Position numbers and translations under genes: made by a program | The notes under the pieces: model-generated | What the model saw: only the letters and a program-made list of their open reading frames with translations | What the model was told of the DNA's origin: nothing | Databases searched by the model: none | Assembly (NCBI GenBank): GCA_965262355.1 | Contig: OZ253534.1 | Location: forward strand, 3,425,794-3,489,793 | DNA: 64,000 nt | Source of the DNA: Candidatus Multivorans sp. | GTDB lineage: Bacteria; Acidobacteriota; Thermoanaerobaculia; Multivoradales; Multivoraceae | Direction of reading: 5' to 3' | In this document: positions 54,202-63,811 of the stretch, piece by piece | Layout: every line of letters begins with the position of its first letter | Numbering within the stretch: position 1 is the stretch's first letter

Positions 54202-54477
54202 ATGAGCCGTTGTCTCTGGGATCCTGCGAAGAACAGACGCTTGATCGCGGAGCGGGGCGTCAGTTTCGAGGAGGTGGCGACACTGATCGAATCGGGTGCG
54301 CTGGTCGACATCTACGACCATCCGGATCCGAAACGGCCACACCAGCGGATTGCCGTGATCGAGATCGGGGAGTACGCCTACCTGGTTCCTTACGTGGAGA
54401 CGGAAGCAGGCGACTTCTTCCTCAAGACGATCATCCCGAGCCGGAAGGCGACGAAGAAGTACCTGAGGGCGAGGTGA
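54202..54477 (+). CDS. brnT: BrnT-family (DUF497) toxin
   Basis: MSRCLWDPAKNRRLIAERGVSFEEVATLIESGALVDIYDHPDPKRPHQRIAVIEIGEYAYLVPYVETEAGDFFLKTIIPSRKATKKY. Confidence 0.7.
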   Translation: MSRCLWDPAKNRRLIAERGVSFEEVATLIESGALVDIYDHPDPKRPHQRIAVIEIGEYAYLVPYVETEAGDFFLKTIIPSRKATKKYLRAR

Positions 54478-54483
54478 CGAGCC

Positions 54484-54774
54484 ATGACCGAACGCACGAC
54501 GAAGCCCGATTCAGCAGCACTCGACCCTGAGGAGCGCGAGATCCTGAGAGCCTACGAGCAAGGACGTCTCCGAAGAGCCTCGGGCTCTTCTCGGGACGTC
54601 GCCAGGCTGGAGTCCGCGGCCCGCGAGACGCTTCGAAAGGACAAGCGAATCAACATCCGCCTGCCGAGTCACGACCTGGTGGAGATCAAGCGGTTGGCGG
54701 CCCGCGAAGGAGTGCCGTACCAGACTCTCATTTCCAGCATCCTTCACAAGTACGCCACGGGCGAGCTTGGTTGA
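54484..54774 (+). CDS. brnA: BrnA-type antitoxin
   Basis: …RKDKRINIRLPSHDLVEIKRLAAREGVPYQTLISSILHKYATGEL (BrnA C-terminal signature). Confidence 0.7.
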   Translation: MTERTTKPDSAALDPEEREILRAYEQGRLRRASGSSRDVARLESAARETLRKDKRINIRLPSHDLVEIKRLAAREGVPYQTLISSILHKYATGELG

Positions 54775-54787
54775 GCCGCGACGAGTC

Positions 54788-55250
54788 CTAAGCCCTCCGT
54801 CGCAGCAACTCTGCCGAATCCGGTGCGCCGCACTCCACCGCCCACTCCAGGGGTGTGGCGTCGTAAGCGGCGTCGACGATCGACGGGTCGGCGCCGAGAT
54901 CGAGCAGGCAGGCGGCGGCTTCCACCTTGTCGCTGTAACAGGCCCAGAGCAGCGGCGTGCCCCGGAACGGATTCGCGTTCACGTTGGCGCCCAGCTCGAC
55001 GAGAGCTTCGATTGAGCCGCACTGGTTGTTGCGGGCGGCCCAGGACAAGGCCTCGTCGAGCACTTCCTGGCGGGAGAGCGTCCGCTTCCACGACGGGAAG
55101 AAAACCGGGGCGTAGAAGCCGAGCCCCTCGCGGCCCGGCAAGCCAGGTCGAGGAGCGTGCGTCCCTCCTCGTCCCGGTCCGTGAGAACGGCGGGCGAACG
55201 GGCGAGGATGCGGCCGAGCGCCTTGAGATCGCCCTTGGTCGCTGCCTTGG
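54788..55250 (-). pseudogene. Ankyrin-repeat protein gene, N-terminally truncated by the duplicated TauD segment and internally frameshifted (~55100)
   Basis: Ankyrin repeats in two frames (…DEEGRTLLDLACRAA… / …GTPLLWACYSDKVEAAACLLDLGADPSIVDAAYDATPLEWAVECGAPDSAELL). The reading loses homology exactly where the duplicated segment begins (~55252). Confidence 0.55.
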
Positions 55251-55258
55251 CGGTCCTG

Positions 55259-56158
55259 TTAAGCGACCGGCCGATCACCCACGATCGAGACCCGCTCGCC
55301 GAAGCGCGACTGCGGGTAGTAGTCCCACACGGCATGATGCTGCGTGCAGCGGTTGTCCCAGAGGGTGAGCGTGTTGGGCTCCCAGCGCACGCGACAGGTC
55401 AGTGAGACCGTGGTGGCAATGTGCCTGAAGAGCATGTCGAGTAGACCCCGGCTCTCCCATCGTCGCAGACCGCGGATGTGCGAGGTGAAGCCGCTGTTGA
55501 CGAACAGGGCCTTGCGGCCCGTCTCGGGATGGCGGACCACCACCGGGTGCTCGGTCTTCGGGTACGCCTTTCCATCGGGAGCCGCGTAGCCGTACTTGCC
55601 GATGTAGGGCAGCGCACCGTCATGCACCGCCACCAGACCTTCGAGAAACTGCTGCATCCGCTCCGATAGCGTCTCGTAAGCGCGGTACATGTCGGCGAAT
55701 AGTGTGTCGCCTCCCGAGCCGCACTCGGGAATCTCCTTGATGTAGAGCATCGACGCCATCGGCGGCTTCTCGTCGCACGACACGTCGGTGTGCCAGCCGT
55801 CGCCCGCCGTGTACCTGGACTTCTGGGTGGTCTTGACGACGAGGATCTCCGGGTCGTGCCCGCCCTTGTACTCGGAACTCTTGTGCAGCGGGTGGACGTG
55901 CAGCGGGCCGAAGGACCGGCCGAAGTCCTTGTGCTGCTCGCGGGTGAGCTCCTGGTTACGAAAAACCAGCACCTGCCAGTCCAGCCAGGCCCGCATGATG
56001 TCGTCCTTCTGCGACTGGGAGAGCGGCTGGGACAGGTCGACTCCCTCGATCTCCGCGCCGATATGAGGGGTCAGAGGTCGGATCTCGATGGGGGCTGTGG
56101 TGGGCGTCCAATCAGGGCGCGATTCGGAAGCGGCTTGCACGGTCATGATGCCGGTCAT
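55259..56158 (-). CDS. TauD/TfdA-family dioxygenase (copy 2, ~97% aa identity to copy 1)
   Basis: 299-aa product differing from copy 1 at only ~8 positions (e.g. MTGIMTV vs MTGTTTV; IMRAWL vs IRQAWL). Confidence 0.8.
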   Translation of the reverse strand: MTGIMTVQAASESRPDWTPTTAPIEIRPLTPHIGAEIEGVDLSQPLSQSQKDDIMRAWLDWQVLVFRNQELTREQHKDFGRSFGPLHVHPLHKSSEYKGGHDPEILVVKTTQKSRYTAGDGWHTDVSCDEKPPMASMLYIKEIPECGSGGDTLFADMYRAYETLSERMQQFLEGLVAVHDGALPYIGKYGYAAPDGKAYPKTEHPVVVRHPETGRKALFVNSGFTSHIRGLRRWESRGLLDMLFRHIATTVSLTCRVRWEPNTLTLWDNRCTQHHAVWDYYPQSRFGERVSIVGDRPVA

Positions 56159-56208
56159 CCTGTCACACGCTCCGTCGTTGTGGCCGAACTGAAAAGGACG
56201 CGCGTTGT

Positions 56209-56646
56209 CTACTTACGCGGGGAGTAGATGACCCAGATCTTCGTGTAGCCGTCCGTTTCGAAGACTCCGGTCCACTCTTTCGGGACCGTCACTGCCTCCC
56301 CGGCGTTGATCACGAGCTCCGTTCCGTCAGATGACGTCAGAGTGACGCCGCCCTCGAGGAAGTACATGAACTCGTCGACACCGTACGGCTGGGTGATCTC
56401 GATCCGTGTCTGCCCAGACTTATACATGCCGGAAGAGAAGCTCTTGTCGCTCGAGACCAGCGACGTGGCCGTCTGCGTCACGTGCCCGTCGGCGTGGGTC
56501 TTCTCGACCACGTCCGGGCGCTCGAAGATCTTGCCGGCTAGATCTGGCTTGCTGATCTTCGCCGGCCGAACGGTTTCATCACTTGCAGCCATCATGGAAC
56601 TCCCAAGGACTGTTGCACAGAGGATGATCAAGACTCTTCTCTTCAT
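56209..56646 (-). CDS. Cupin-domain protein, secreted
   Basis: Signal peptide MKRRVLIILCATVLGSSMMAAS, then …GVDEFMYFLEGGVTLTSSDGTELVINAGEAVTVPKEWTGVFETDGYTKIWVIY (cupin beta-barrel). Confidence 0.65.
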   Translation of the reverse strand: MKRRVLIILCATVLGSSMMAASDETVRPAKISKPDLAGKIFERPDVVEKTHADGHVTQTATSLVSSDKSFSSGMYKSGQTRIEITQPYGVDEFMYFLEGGVTLTSSDGTELVINAGEAVTVPKEWTGVFETDGYTKIWVIYSPRK

Positions 56647-58667
56647 GGGTGGACTCCTGGGTGAGGTGATCGCCCGAGTGGACGGGCTCGGTCGAGCGAC
56701 AGGCCAAACGCTACGAACTCTGCCGGGGACTCCTTGCCGCCGATCGCGACGACGATGAACTGGCGACCATTGTGTAAGTAGGTCATCGGCGCACCGGTGG
56801 TGCCGGATGGCAGCTCCGTCTCCCACACCACCTCGCCCGTGGCCTTGTCGTAAGCGCGGAACTTCTTGCCCCAGTAGCGGCCTTCTTCCCCCTGGATGCC
56901 GGGGATGGCATCGCTGCCTTCACCGATGAACAGCAGCGTCTTCGTCACTAGCGGTGCCGGTCGCCCAGCGACCCCCAGGGGTGGCACGTCGAGGCCATCG
57001 AGCAGGGGATGGTCTCGAGGCCCATCGCCGTTGGCCGCCATCCACACGTGCTCGCCGCGATGCAGATCGATTGCAGTGATCCGACCATAGGGTGGCTTCA
57101 CAATCGGGAGTCCGTCGAGGGTCGGTACATCGGGACCATCGTAGGCGATCACGTAGCCGAGCGTCGCGTCGCTGTCTTCCGGCTGTTTCAAGGAGTACAC
57201 GCCCGGCCAGGTGTGGGACACGGCGTAGTAGACGCCGGTCTCGGGATCGAAGGCGCCGGTGTGCCAGTTCCCTGTTCCCCACGCTCCCGGATTCGTCAGA
57301 GTGCCAATCTTCCCTTGCTCGTCGTCCATCAGGCCGGGCGGCGTGAAGATCGGCCCGAGACGGAAGGGCTTGACGAGCTCCAGGGCCCGTGCCCGGAGCT
57401 CCGGTGTGAAGTCGATCAGGTCGTCCTCCACGAATCCCTGTCGGTCGAAGGGCGGCGGCTTCGTCGGGAATGGCTGGGTCGGCGACAGTCGCTCCCCGGG
57501 GACCCGTGAGCCAGGCACGGCCCTCTCCTCGATCGGCCACACCGGCTCCCCGGTACGGCGATCGAAGACGTAGAGGAAGCCGGTCTTCGAGGGCTGCATG
57601 ACGGCGTCGATACGCCTCCCATCGACCGTGATCTCACCGAGGGTCGCCGGACCGGCCGTGTCCCACTCCCAGACGTCGTGGTGCACCATCTGAAAGTGCC
57701 AGATTCGCTCGCCCGTCTTGGCGTTCAGTGCCACGAGTGAGTTGGAGTACAGGTTGTCGCCGGGCCGGTGGCCACCGTAGTACGCCGCGGTTGGGGCCGA
57801 GAGCTGGACGTAGACGTAGCCGAGCTCCTCGTCGGCCGATAGGCAGCACCACGACCCGAGGTCACCCGAGTACTCCCACGAGCCGTCGCCCCAGGCCTCA
57901 TTGCCCGACTCGCCCGGCCGCGGCACGACGTGGAACGTCCACAGCCGGCGGCCCGTGCGGACGTCGTAGCCGCGCACATCCTCCGGCGTCGCCTCCTTCT
58001 TGTTGCCGCTGTCGCCGGCGCCTCCGGTGAATCCGGCCACCACGACGACGTCGCCCACGACGAGCGGCCCGGCAGTCCAGGTGAAATCGCCGGCAAGCGG
58101 TCCCGAGAGGCGGAGGCTGACGCGTCCCTGGTCGCCGAAGTCGCCGTCGAACTCGCCACTTGAGGCGTCGACCGAGTACAGGTAGTTGCCGCGTGCGAGG
58201 AACACTCGTTGCTGCTGGCCGCCGGTCCAGAGGTCGACGCCTCGTGGGCTCAAGCCGCGTGCCTCTTCGATCGTCGGCTCGAACGGCGCCTGAGACCACA
58301 AGGTCTTGCCGCTCGCCGGGTCGACGGCGCGCAGCAGGCCAACGAGGTTGGTCAGGAAAAGGCGACCTTCGACCATGATGGGCGTCGATCGCAGGTTGTT
58401 GCCCGGACGCAGCCCGGGGAACTCCTCCTTGAGCTCCGGTTCCAGACCCGGCCGTCGCCAGACGATGCGTAGATCGCCGACGTTCGAGGCGTCAATCTGG
58501 TCGAGCGGCGAGTAGCGCTTGAAGGTGCGGTCGCCGCCGAAGTACGGCCACTCGCCTTCCTGCGCCGCCAAGGTCGACCCCAGCACCAGCACACCGGCCC
58601 ACGCGACCAAGGTTCGGCCCCTGGCGCGAGGCCGAACATCTGAGTTCGCGATCACCTTCCGCACCAC
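56643..58667 (-). CDS. PQQ-dependent dehydrogenase (quinoprotein alcohol/sugar dehydrogenase family, 8-bladed propeller)
   Basis: …EWPYFGGDRTFKRYSPLDQI…RIVWRRPG… W-motif propeller repeats throughout. 674 aa with signal peptide. Confidence 0.8.
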   Translation of the reverse strand: MVRKVIANSDVRPRARGRTLVAWAGVLVLGSTLAAQEGEWPYFGGDRTFKRYSPLDQIDASNVGDLRIVWRRPGLEPELKEEFPGLRPGNNLRSTPIMVEGRLFLTNLVGLLRAVDPASGKTLWSQAPFEPTIEEARGLSPRGVDLWTGGQQQRVFLARGNYLYSVDASSGEFDGDFGDQGRVSLRLSGPLAGDFTWTAGPLVVGDVVVVAGFTGGAGDSGNKKEATPEDVRGYDVRTGRRLWTFHVVPRPGESGNEAWGDGSWEYSGDLGSWCCLSADEELGYVYVQLSAPTAAYYGGHRPGDNLYSNSLVALNAKTGERIWHFQMVHHDVWEWDTAGPATLGEITVDGRRIDAVMQPSKTGFLYVFDRRTGEPVWPIEERAVPGSRVPGERLSPTQPFPTKPPPFDRQGFVEDDLIDFTPELRARALELVKPFRLGPIFTPPGLMDDEQGKIGTLTNPGAWGTGNWHTGAFDPETGVYYAVSHTWPGVYSLKQPEDSDATLGYVIAYDGPDVPTLDGLPIVKPPYGRITAIDLHRGEHVWMAANGDGPRDHPLLDGLDVPPLGVAGRPAPLVTKTLLFIGEGSDAIPGIQGEEGRYWGKKFRAYDKATGEVVWETELPSGTTGAPMTYLHNGRQFIVVAIGGKESPAEFVAFGLSLDRARPLGRSPHPGVHP

Positions 58668-58678
58668 GCGGTCCCGAC

Positions 58679-61135
58679 TCAGAACCAGAACCGGGCCGAC
58701 AGCGTGATGTCACGCCCGGGGAGCGGCGCGAACGTCTTGAGGAAGGACGTATGCACCCTGGCTTCTTCGTCGGTCAGGTTGCGGCCCCGCAGCAGCATGT
58801 CGAGGATCTGGTTCTTCAGCACGAACCGGCGCCCGACATGGGCGTTGAGCATGGTGTAGCCGTCGGTCGGCGCCTCCAGCTCGGCGACGTCGTGCTGGTC
58901 GTCGACGAAGCGCCACTCTACCGCGGCTCGCCAGTCGTGGCCGTGGTAGTGCAGGCCGGCGCCCAGGCTCATTGGCGGAATCCGCGGCAGGTTGCCGCCC
59001 TGGTCCAGCTCGGCGTCGACCGTGTCGCCAAGCAGCTCCAGGTGGAGGTGATTGTCTTCCCATTCCACGACCTCGATCCGGGCTCGGAACTCGGCGCCGG
59101 TCAGCGTCGCGTCGGCCTGGCTGTAGCGGACGACGGCAATGTCCACGACCTTGGCGCCCGTGAACGCCTGGTAGATGAAGTCCTGGAAGTCCTGCCGGAA
59201 CAAGGTCAGTTCGCCTTGGAGGCGGCCCTCGTTCTTGCGCAGGGAGAGATCCAGGCCGTTGCCGACCTCGCGATCCAGGTTCGGATTGCCGATCTCATAG
59301 GTCAGTGTGGCGACATGGACGCCGTCCGCGAACAGTTCCTCGGGGCTCGGCAGGCGGACGGAGCGGGAGGCGGACAGGCCGAGCGTCCACGACTCGTCGG
59401 CCTTCCAGACCAGGCCGGCTGAAGTGGATACCGCGTCGCCCGACCAGGTCGGGCCTCCGGCCGGATCGTGATCGGACTGTTCGAAGCGGGCGCCGAACTG
59501 CCAGCGGATGGCGCCCTTCTCGATCTCCTGGGACGTGAACACCGCCCAACTGTTCGATGCCGTTGGCGGCACGTAGGCCTCTGCACCCACCGCGGCGATG
59601 TCGCGGTCCGAGTACTGGAGTCCGACGGAACCCCGGCTGGCGCCGCGAACCCGCTGGAACATCTCGACCCGGGTCTCGAAGTAGTCGTTCGTGAACACGG
59701 TGCCGGCCTCGTCCCCCTCGAACTCGATGTGTTCGTAGTCCGTGCCGCCCATCCGCACCTCGAGCTTCTCGAAGGCGCCGGAGCGCAGGTGGATGTCGCT
59801 GCGCAGATCGACACGCTGCTGCTTCATGTCGACGCGAACGGGCAGTTCCTCGTCGGCGTGAGCGTCCTCGCCCTCGTGGTCGTCGTCGCCGTCGTCGTGA
59901 TCCTCGTCGCCGTGGTCATCGTCCTCGTCTTCGTCGTGGTGATCGTCCTCGTGATCGAGCCCCTGGTGGCTGTGGGCGCCCGGCGGAATGCCGTAGTTCG
60001 TGTTGAAGCCGCTGACCGACACGCCGAGGAAGCCGCGGTCGCCGAAGAACCGGGTGATGCCGACGCGTCCGCTCTCGGTGTGCAGGTCGGTGTTCGGGAC
60101 GACACCGAACGGGTTCTCGAGGTGTACCTCGCTGTCGTCGTGGTGGTCGTCTTCCTCGTCGTCATGGTCGTCGACTTCGTCGTCGTGGTCGTCCTCAAGA
60201 CGGGAGTGCCCCGGGATCTCGTAGGGGTCCGTTTCCCGGTTGACCGCGGCGATGGCCCAGGCCCATTCGCCGCTGCCGCCGCCCAACTCCAGGGCGCCCA
60301 TTCGTTCGTCTGCAACCGAACCCCCGACGAGGTCGACCGTGCCGCTCAGGGACTTGGCCGCGCGGGTCGTAGGAATGCGTCCGTCGATGATGTTGACGGC
60401 GCCGCCGATGGCGCCCGATCCGTAGCGGAGCGTTGCCGGGCCGCGCAGCACTTCGATCTGCTCGGCGTGAGCCGGCTCGGAGGTCACGGCATGGTCGGCG
60501 CTGACGGCGGAGGCGTCGCCGGTGCCGATGCCGCCGGTCAGCACGCGGACCCGCGCCCCGGACAGGCCGCGGATGATCGGCCGGCCTGCGCCGGGGACGA
60601 AGGATGTCGACGACACGCCCGGCTCTCCTTCGAGGGTTTCGCCGAGTGTCGCGCCCATCCGCAGTTGCAGGTCGGCCCCGCTGAGGACGGAGACCGCGTT
60701 GGACAGCTCGGATTCGCTGCGGAGATCGCCGGTCGCGGTGACCACGATCTCGTCGGAGTGGGCGATGTGATCGATTTCCAGTTCAACGGCCGTCTCCTCG
60801 CCGGCCGCGACGGTGACCGACTGGCTGCTCTGGCCGACGGAGGGAATCTCGACGATCAGGAGGTAGGTGCCGGGCGGTACGGCATCGAAGCGGAACGAGC
60901 CGTCCGTTGCCACCGAGGCGCTGAGGGCGAGTTCAGGGAGCGTGGCGGTGGCGAGTGTGACTCCGCCATCGCCGTGGGTGTGCAGTTCACCGGCGATCGA
61001 GCCGGTTTCCTGGGCGTCGGCCGCCCCAGGAATGAGAAGCAGGGCCAGGGTGCAGAGCAGGGTGCCGACCGGCGGTCGTCGGCTCGGCGGGTCAGGTCTT
61101 TCGGTCCGGGGAGGGTCGGTGCGTGTTGCGAGCAT
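58679..61135 (-). CDS. TonB-dependent receptor (CarbopepD_reg-like N-terminus) with a ~120-aa His/Asp/Glu-rich insert
   Basis: Signal peptide. …GTYLLIVEIPSVGQSSQSVTVAAGEETAVELEI… plug/barrel motifs. Insert DDHDDEVDDHDDEEDDHHDD…HEDDHHDEDEDDDHGDEDHDDGDDDHEGEDAHADEE. C-terminal …LSARFWF. Confidence 0.8.
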   Translation of the reverse strand: MLATRTDPPRTERPDPPSRRPPVGTLLCTLALLLIPGAADAQETGSIAGELHTHGDGGVTLATATLPELALSASVATDGSFRFDAVPPGTYLLIVEIPSVGQSSQSVTVAAGEETAVELEIDHIAHSDEIVVTATGDLRSESELSNAVSVLSGADLQLRMGATLGETLEGEPGVSSTSFVPGAGRPIIRGLSGARVRVLTGGIGTGDASAVSADHAVTSEPAHAEQIEVLRGPATLRYGSGAIGGAVNIIDGRIPTTRAAKSLSGTVDLVGGSVADERMGALELGGGSGEWAWAIAAVNRETDPYEIPGHSRLEDDHDDEVDDHDDEEDDHHDDSEVHLENPFGVVPNTDLHTESGRVGITRFFGDRGFLGVSVSGFNTNYGIPPGAHSHQGLDHEDDHHDEDEDDDHGDEDHDDGDDDHEGEDAHADEELPVRVDMKQQRVDLRSDIHLRSGAFEKLEVRMGGTDYEHIEFEGDEAGTVFTNDYFETRVEMFQRVRGASRGSVGLQYSDRDIAAVGAEAYVPPTASNSWAVFTSQEIEKGAIRWQFGARFEQSDHDPAGGPTWSGDAVSTSAGLVWKADESWTLGLSASRSVRLPSPEELFADGVHVATLTYEIGNPNLDREVGNGLDLSLRKNEGRLQGELTLFRQDFQDFIYQAFTGAKVVDIAVVRYSQADATLTGAEFRARIEVVEWEDNHLHLELLGDTVDAELDQGGNLPRIPPMSLGAGLHYHGHDWRAAVEWRFVDDQHDVAELEAPTDGYTMLNAHVGRRFVLKNQILDMLLRGRNLTDEEARVHTSFLKTFAPLPGRDITLSARFWF

Positions 61136-61363
61136 GGTGGAAAAGCTCCGGGTCCTTGAGTGCCAATCGATTCGATGCGATGGTCGTTGCAGCGAAGGCT
61201 GCCGGGGGGCCTGCCGCGCCGTTCCATGCGGCTGGGGACGACGGGCCAAGGGGCTGACGGGTCCGGGTCGGGACCGATGGCAGAGACTCGGCTCGTCGAG
61301 GCGGAAATGATCCGTTTGCCCCGGCACTGTCTGACGGCGCGGAGGGTTGGGGCCGAGTTCGAC

Positions 61364-61741
61364 TTAGCTTGTTGGGGGGCCGCGGGCGGTGCGCTGCGAG
61401 AAGTCGCCGCTCGTTGGGCGGTTTGCGTCCCAGGGACCGACAGCGGCGGCAAGCCGATAGGGACTCCCGACCGTCGACTTCTTGCGTTCGGCTGCGGTTT
61501 GCGACCGGCCCAGTTTGCAGGCGACACAGGAGTGCCCGTGAGCCGATGTGGCTTCACCGACCGTGGCACGAACGCCGGCCGGAGCGACCTCGTTGTCGTG
61601 GTCGGCGGCGCAGTACGCCGCGTTGGCTGCAGCCGGGTCGTGGCCGTGGCCGCTCGACTCCCAGGCTCCGGTGAGCACCGTGGCGATCGTCAGCGCGATG
61701 GCGTTGACGACGGCAACTGGCGAACCGGGGGTGCGGCGCAT
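61364..61741 (-). CDS. Small secreted His/Cys-containing hypothetical protein upstream of the His-rich TonB receptor
   Basis: MRRTPGSPVAVVNAIALTIATVLTGAWESSGHGHD…CAADHDNE…HGHSCVACKLG… Assigned from signal peptide and codon composition only. Confidence 0.3.
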   Translation of the reverse strand: MRRTPGSPVAVVNAIALTIATVLTGAWESSGHGHDPAAANAAYCAADHDNEVAPAGVRATVGEATSAHGHSCVACKLGRSQTAAERKKSTVGSPYRLAAAVGPWDANRPTSGDFSQRTARGPPTS

Positions 61742-61974
61742 CGGCGGGAATCGTAGCAGAGGACCTCGCAGCGGACCTGTGGAGCCGGCGACCAGGCGAA
61801 CCTCGACGTCGAGGTCGCGTCCTTCCCGGCGTTCAGCAGCCAGCGCACCCGGGAGGTTGGTCGCCAGTTGCGTAGCCGGTGCCGCAGGCGAGCCCGAGGG
61901 CGGCAAGCAGTACCACGCTGATGGGTGCGCTACGCTTCATCGGTTTCCCACCAAATCACGGCCGAGGACTGGAT

Positions 61975-62838
61975 ATGGCAGCAGAAGAGGTTCGCTACGA
62001 ACGGCGCGGCCCGGTCGCGGTTCTCACCCTGGACCGGGCCCGCTACCACAACGCCCAGAGCTGGAAGCTGCTCGACGACCTGGACCGCCAGCTCGACCGG
62101 GCGATGGCCGACGACGATGTCCGCGTCGTCGTGCTGAAGGGCGCCGGCAAGCACTTCTCGTCCGGCCACGACCTGGGCACGCCGGAACAGGAGGCGGACA
62201 TCGAGGCCCGGGGCCTCACCCAGTGGGTTGGCATGGAATGGTACGAGGCGTTCCGTTGGTACAACCTGGACAACACGGTCAAGTGGCGCAACCTGCCGAA
62301 GCCCACGATCGCCATGGTGCATGGCTACTGCATCTTCGGCGGCTGGATGATCGCCGCGTCGATGGACCTGATCTTCGCCGCGCCGAGCGCCCGGTTCCTC
62401 GCCAGCCTGTTCGAGACCTTCACCGTGCCCTGGGACGTCCATCCCCGCAAGGCCAAGGAGCTGCTGTTCGAGAGCCGCTTCATCGACGGGGAGGAAGCCC
62501 GCGAACTGGGCCTGGTCAACCGCGTTTACGCCGAGGACGAACTCGAACGCGAGACCCTGGCCTACGCGGAACGGATCGCCGAGAACGATCCTGCCGTGCT
62601 GCGGCTGGGCAAGCTGGCGGTCAACAAGGCCCAGGACGCGATGGGCTACAGCGCCAACGTCGAGGCTTCCTTCGCCGACTACCTGGTGGTGCGCGAGATC
62701 CGCGGCAGCTCCAGCAGGGTCGACGGCGACCGGCGCCTGGTGGGCGTCGACCTGGCGCTCCGCGGCCAGCGCGGCGGACGGGCCGGGCAGACGCCGGCAG
62801 GCGAAACGGACGCTTCGGAAGCAGGGGAGGACGCATGA
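61975..62838 (+). CDS. Enoyl-CoA hydratase/isomerase (crotonase) family protein
   Basis: …VRYERRGPVAVLTLDRARYHNAQ…VVVLKGAGKHFSSGHDLG…. Confidence 0.8.
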   Translation: MAAEEVRYERRGPVAVLTLDRARYHNAQSWKLLDDLDRQLDRAMADDDVRVVVLKGAGKHFSSGHDLGTPEQEADIEARGLTQWVGMEWYEAFRWYNLDNTVKWRNLPKPTIAMVHGYCIFGGWMIAASMDLIFAAPSARFLASLFETFTVPWDVHPRKAKELLFESRFIDGEEARELGLVNRVYAEDELERETLAYAERIAENDPAVLRLGKLAVNKAQDAMGYSANVEASFADYLVVREIRGSSSRVDGDRRLVGVDLALRGQRGGRAGQTPAGETDASEAGEDA

Positions 62839-63686
62839 GACGCATGAGAACGCCTCGACTTGCCATTGCGATAGCCGTCAGCCTGAGTCTCGCGGCCATT
62901 GCCGCCGCCCAGGAAGACGGCGCGCGGATGTACAACACGGCCAAGCAGAAGCTGATGGCCGGCGAGGGCATCGTCGGCGTCAGCGTCTCCTCGCCGGATC
63001 CCGACAGCTACTGCGCCGCCGCCAACGCCGGCTTCGATTTCACCTGGATCGAGATGCAGCACAGCCCGCTCTCCTACCAGGACGTGGCCCGGATGATCTG
63101 GGCTTGCCGCGGCGCGTCCGCCATCCCCTTCATCCGCGTGCCCGACGCGACGGAGGGCGCCATCCAGAAGGCGGTCGACCTCGGGGCGCTCGGCATCGTC
63201 GTGCCCATGGTGCGCACGGCCGAGAAGATGGAGGCCGCCGTCCGCTTCGCCAAGTTCCCGCCGGAGGGCAGGCGGAGCCTCGGCGGCGGCCAGTACGGCG
63301 CGCTCTGGGGCCGCGACTACCGCGCCACCGCGAACGACAACATCCTCGTCATCGCGATGATCGAGTCGCCGGCCGGAGTCGACGCGGTGGAGGAGATCGT
63401 CGCCGTCCCCGGCGTCGATGTCGTGTTCGCGGCCTCCACCGACCTCTACAGCTTCTCCGGCAAGCGGCAGGGCGAGCCGGAGTACGAGGCGATGGTTGAC
63501 CGCATCCGCGAAGCCGTGCTTGGCGCCGGCCTCAAGCTGGGCGGCCCGCTCGCCTGGCGCGACCGCGACGGCTTCAGCTTCTTCCAAGCTCCCGGCGTCG
63601 GCAGCCTGATCCGCCGCGGCGCCCAGGCGCTGCTCGAGGAGACGGCGTCAGGCGTAGCCGAGATCGAGGGGTCGGAGAACCAGTAG
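62835..63686 (+). CDS. HpcH/HpaI aldolase / citrate lyase beta-like family protein with signal peptide
   Basis: …GIVGVSVSSPDPDSYCAAANAGFDFTWIEMQHSPLSYQDVARMIWAC…IPFIRVPDATEGAIQKAVDLGALGIVVPMVRTAE… ATGA overlap with the upstream gene. Confidence 0.75.
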   Translation: MRRMRTPRLAIAIAVSLSLAAIAAAQEDGARMYNTAKQKLMAGEGIVGVSVSSPDPDSYCAAANAGFDFTWIEMQHSPLSYQDVARMIWACRGASAIPFIRVPDATEGAIQKAVDLGALGIVVPMVRTAEKMEAAVRFAKFPPEGRRSLGGGQYGALWGRDYRATANDNILVIAMIESPAGVDAVEEIVAVPGVDVVFAASTDLYSFSGKRQGEPEYEAMVDRIREAVLGAGLKLGGPLAWRDRDGFSFFQAPGVGSLIRRGAQALLEETASGVAEIEGSENQ

Positions 63687-63751
63687 CGGACGGTGCCCTC
63701 GGGCGCTCCACGGGCCTTGCTGGTGGGAGGCGCTGCCCGTCTGCCAGCTAT

Positions 63752-63780
63752 TTGACCATGGTCATAGACCATGGTCAAAT
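63752..63780. promoter_or_regulatory. Perfect inverted repeat TTTGACCATGGTC-ata-GACCATGGTCAAA, putative operator of the downstream Phd/YefM antitoxin
   Basis: 13-bp arms with a 3-nt spacer, ending ~30 bp upstream of the antitoxin ATG. Confidence 0.5.
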
Positions 63781-63811
63781 GTGCGTGCCCCGAGTCGCGG
63801 AGGAAGAGCCT

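Noticed and set aside
59860-60230. Short tandem DNA repeats (gtcgtcgtggtcgtc…) that might be mistaken for a CRISPR or VNTR array
   Set aside because: They lie inside the TonB-receptor reading frame and encode the His/Asp-rich insert. There are no regular repeat-spacer units and no cas genes. No CRISPR array is present in the window.
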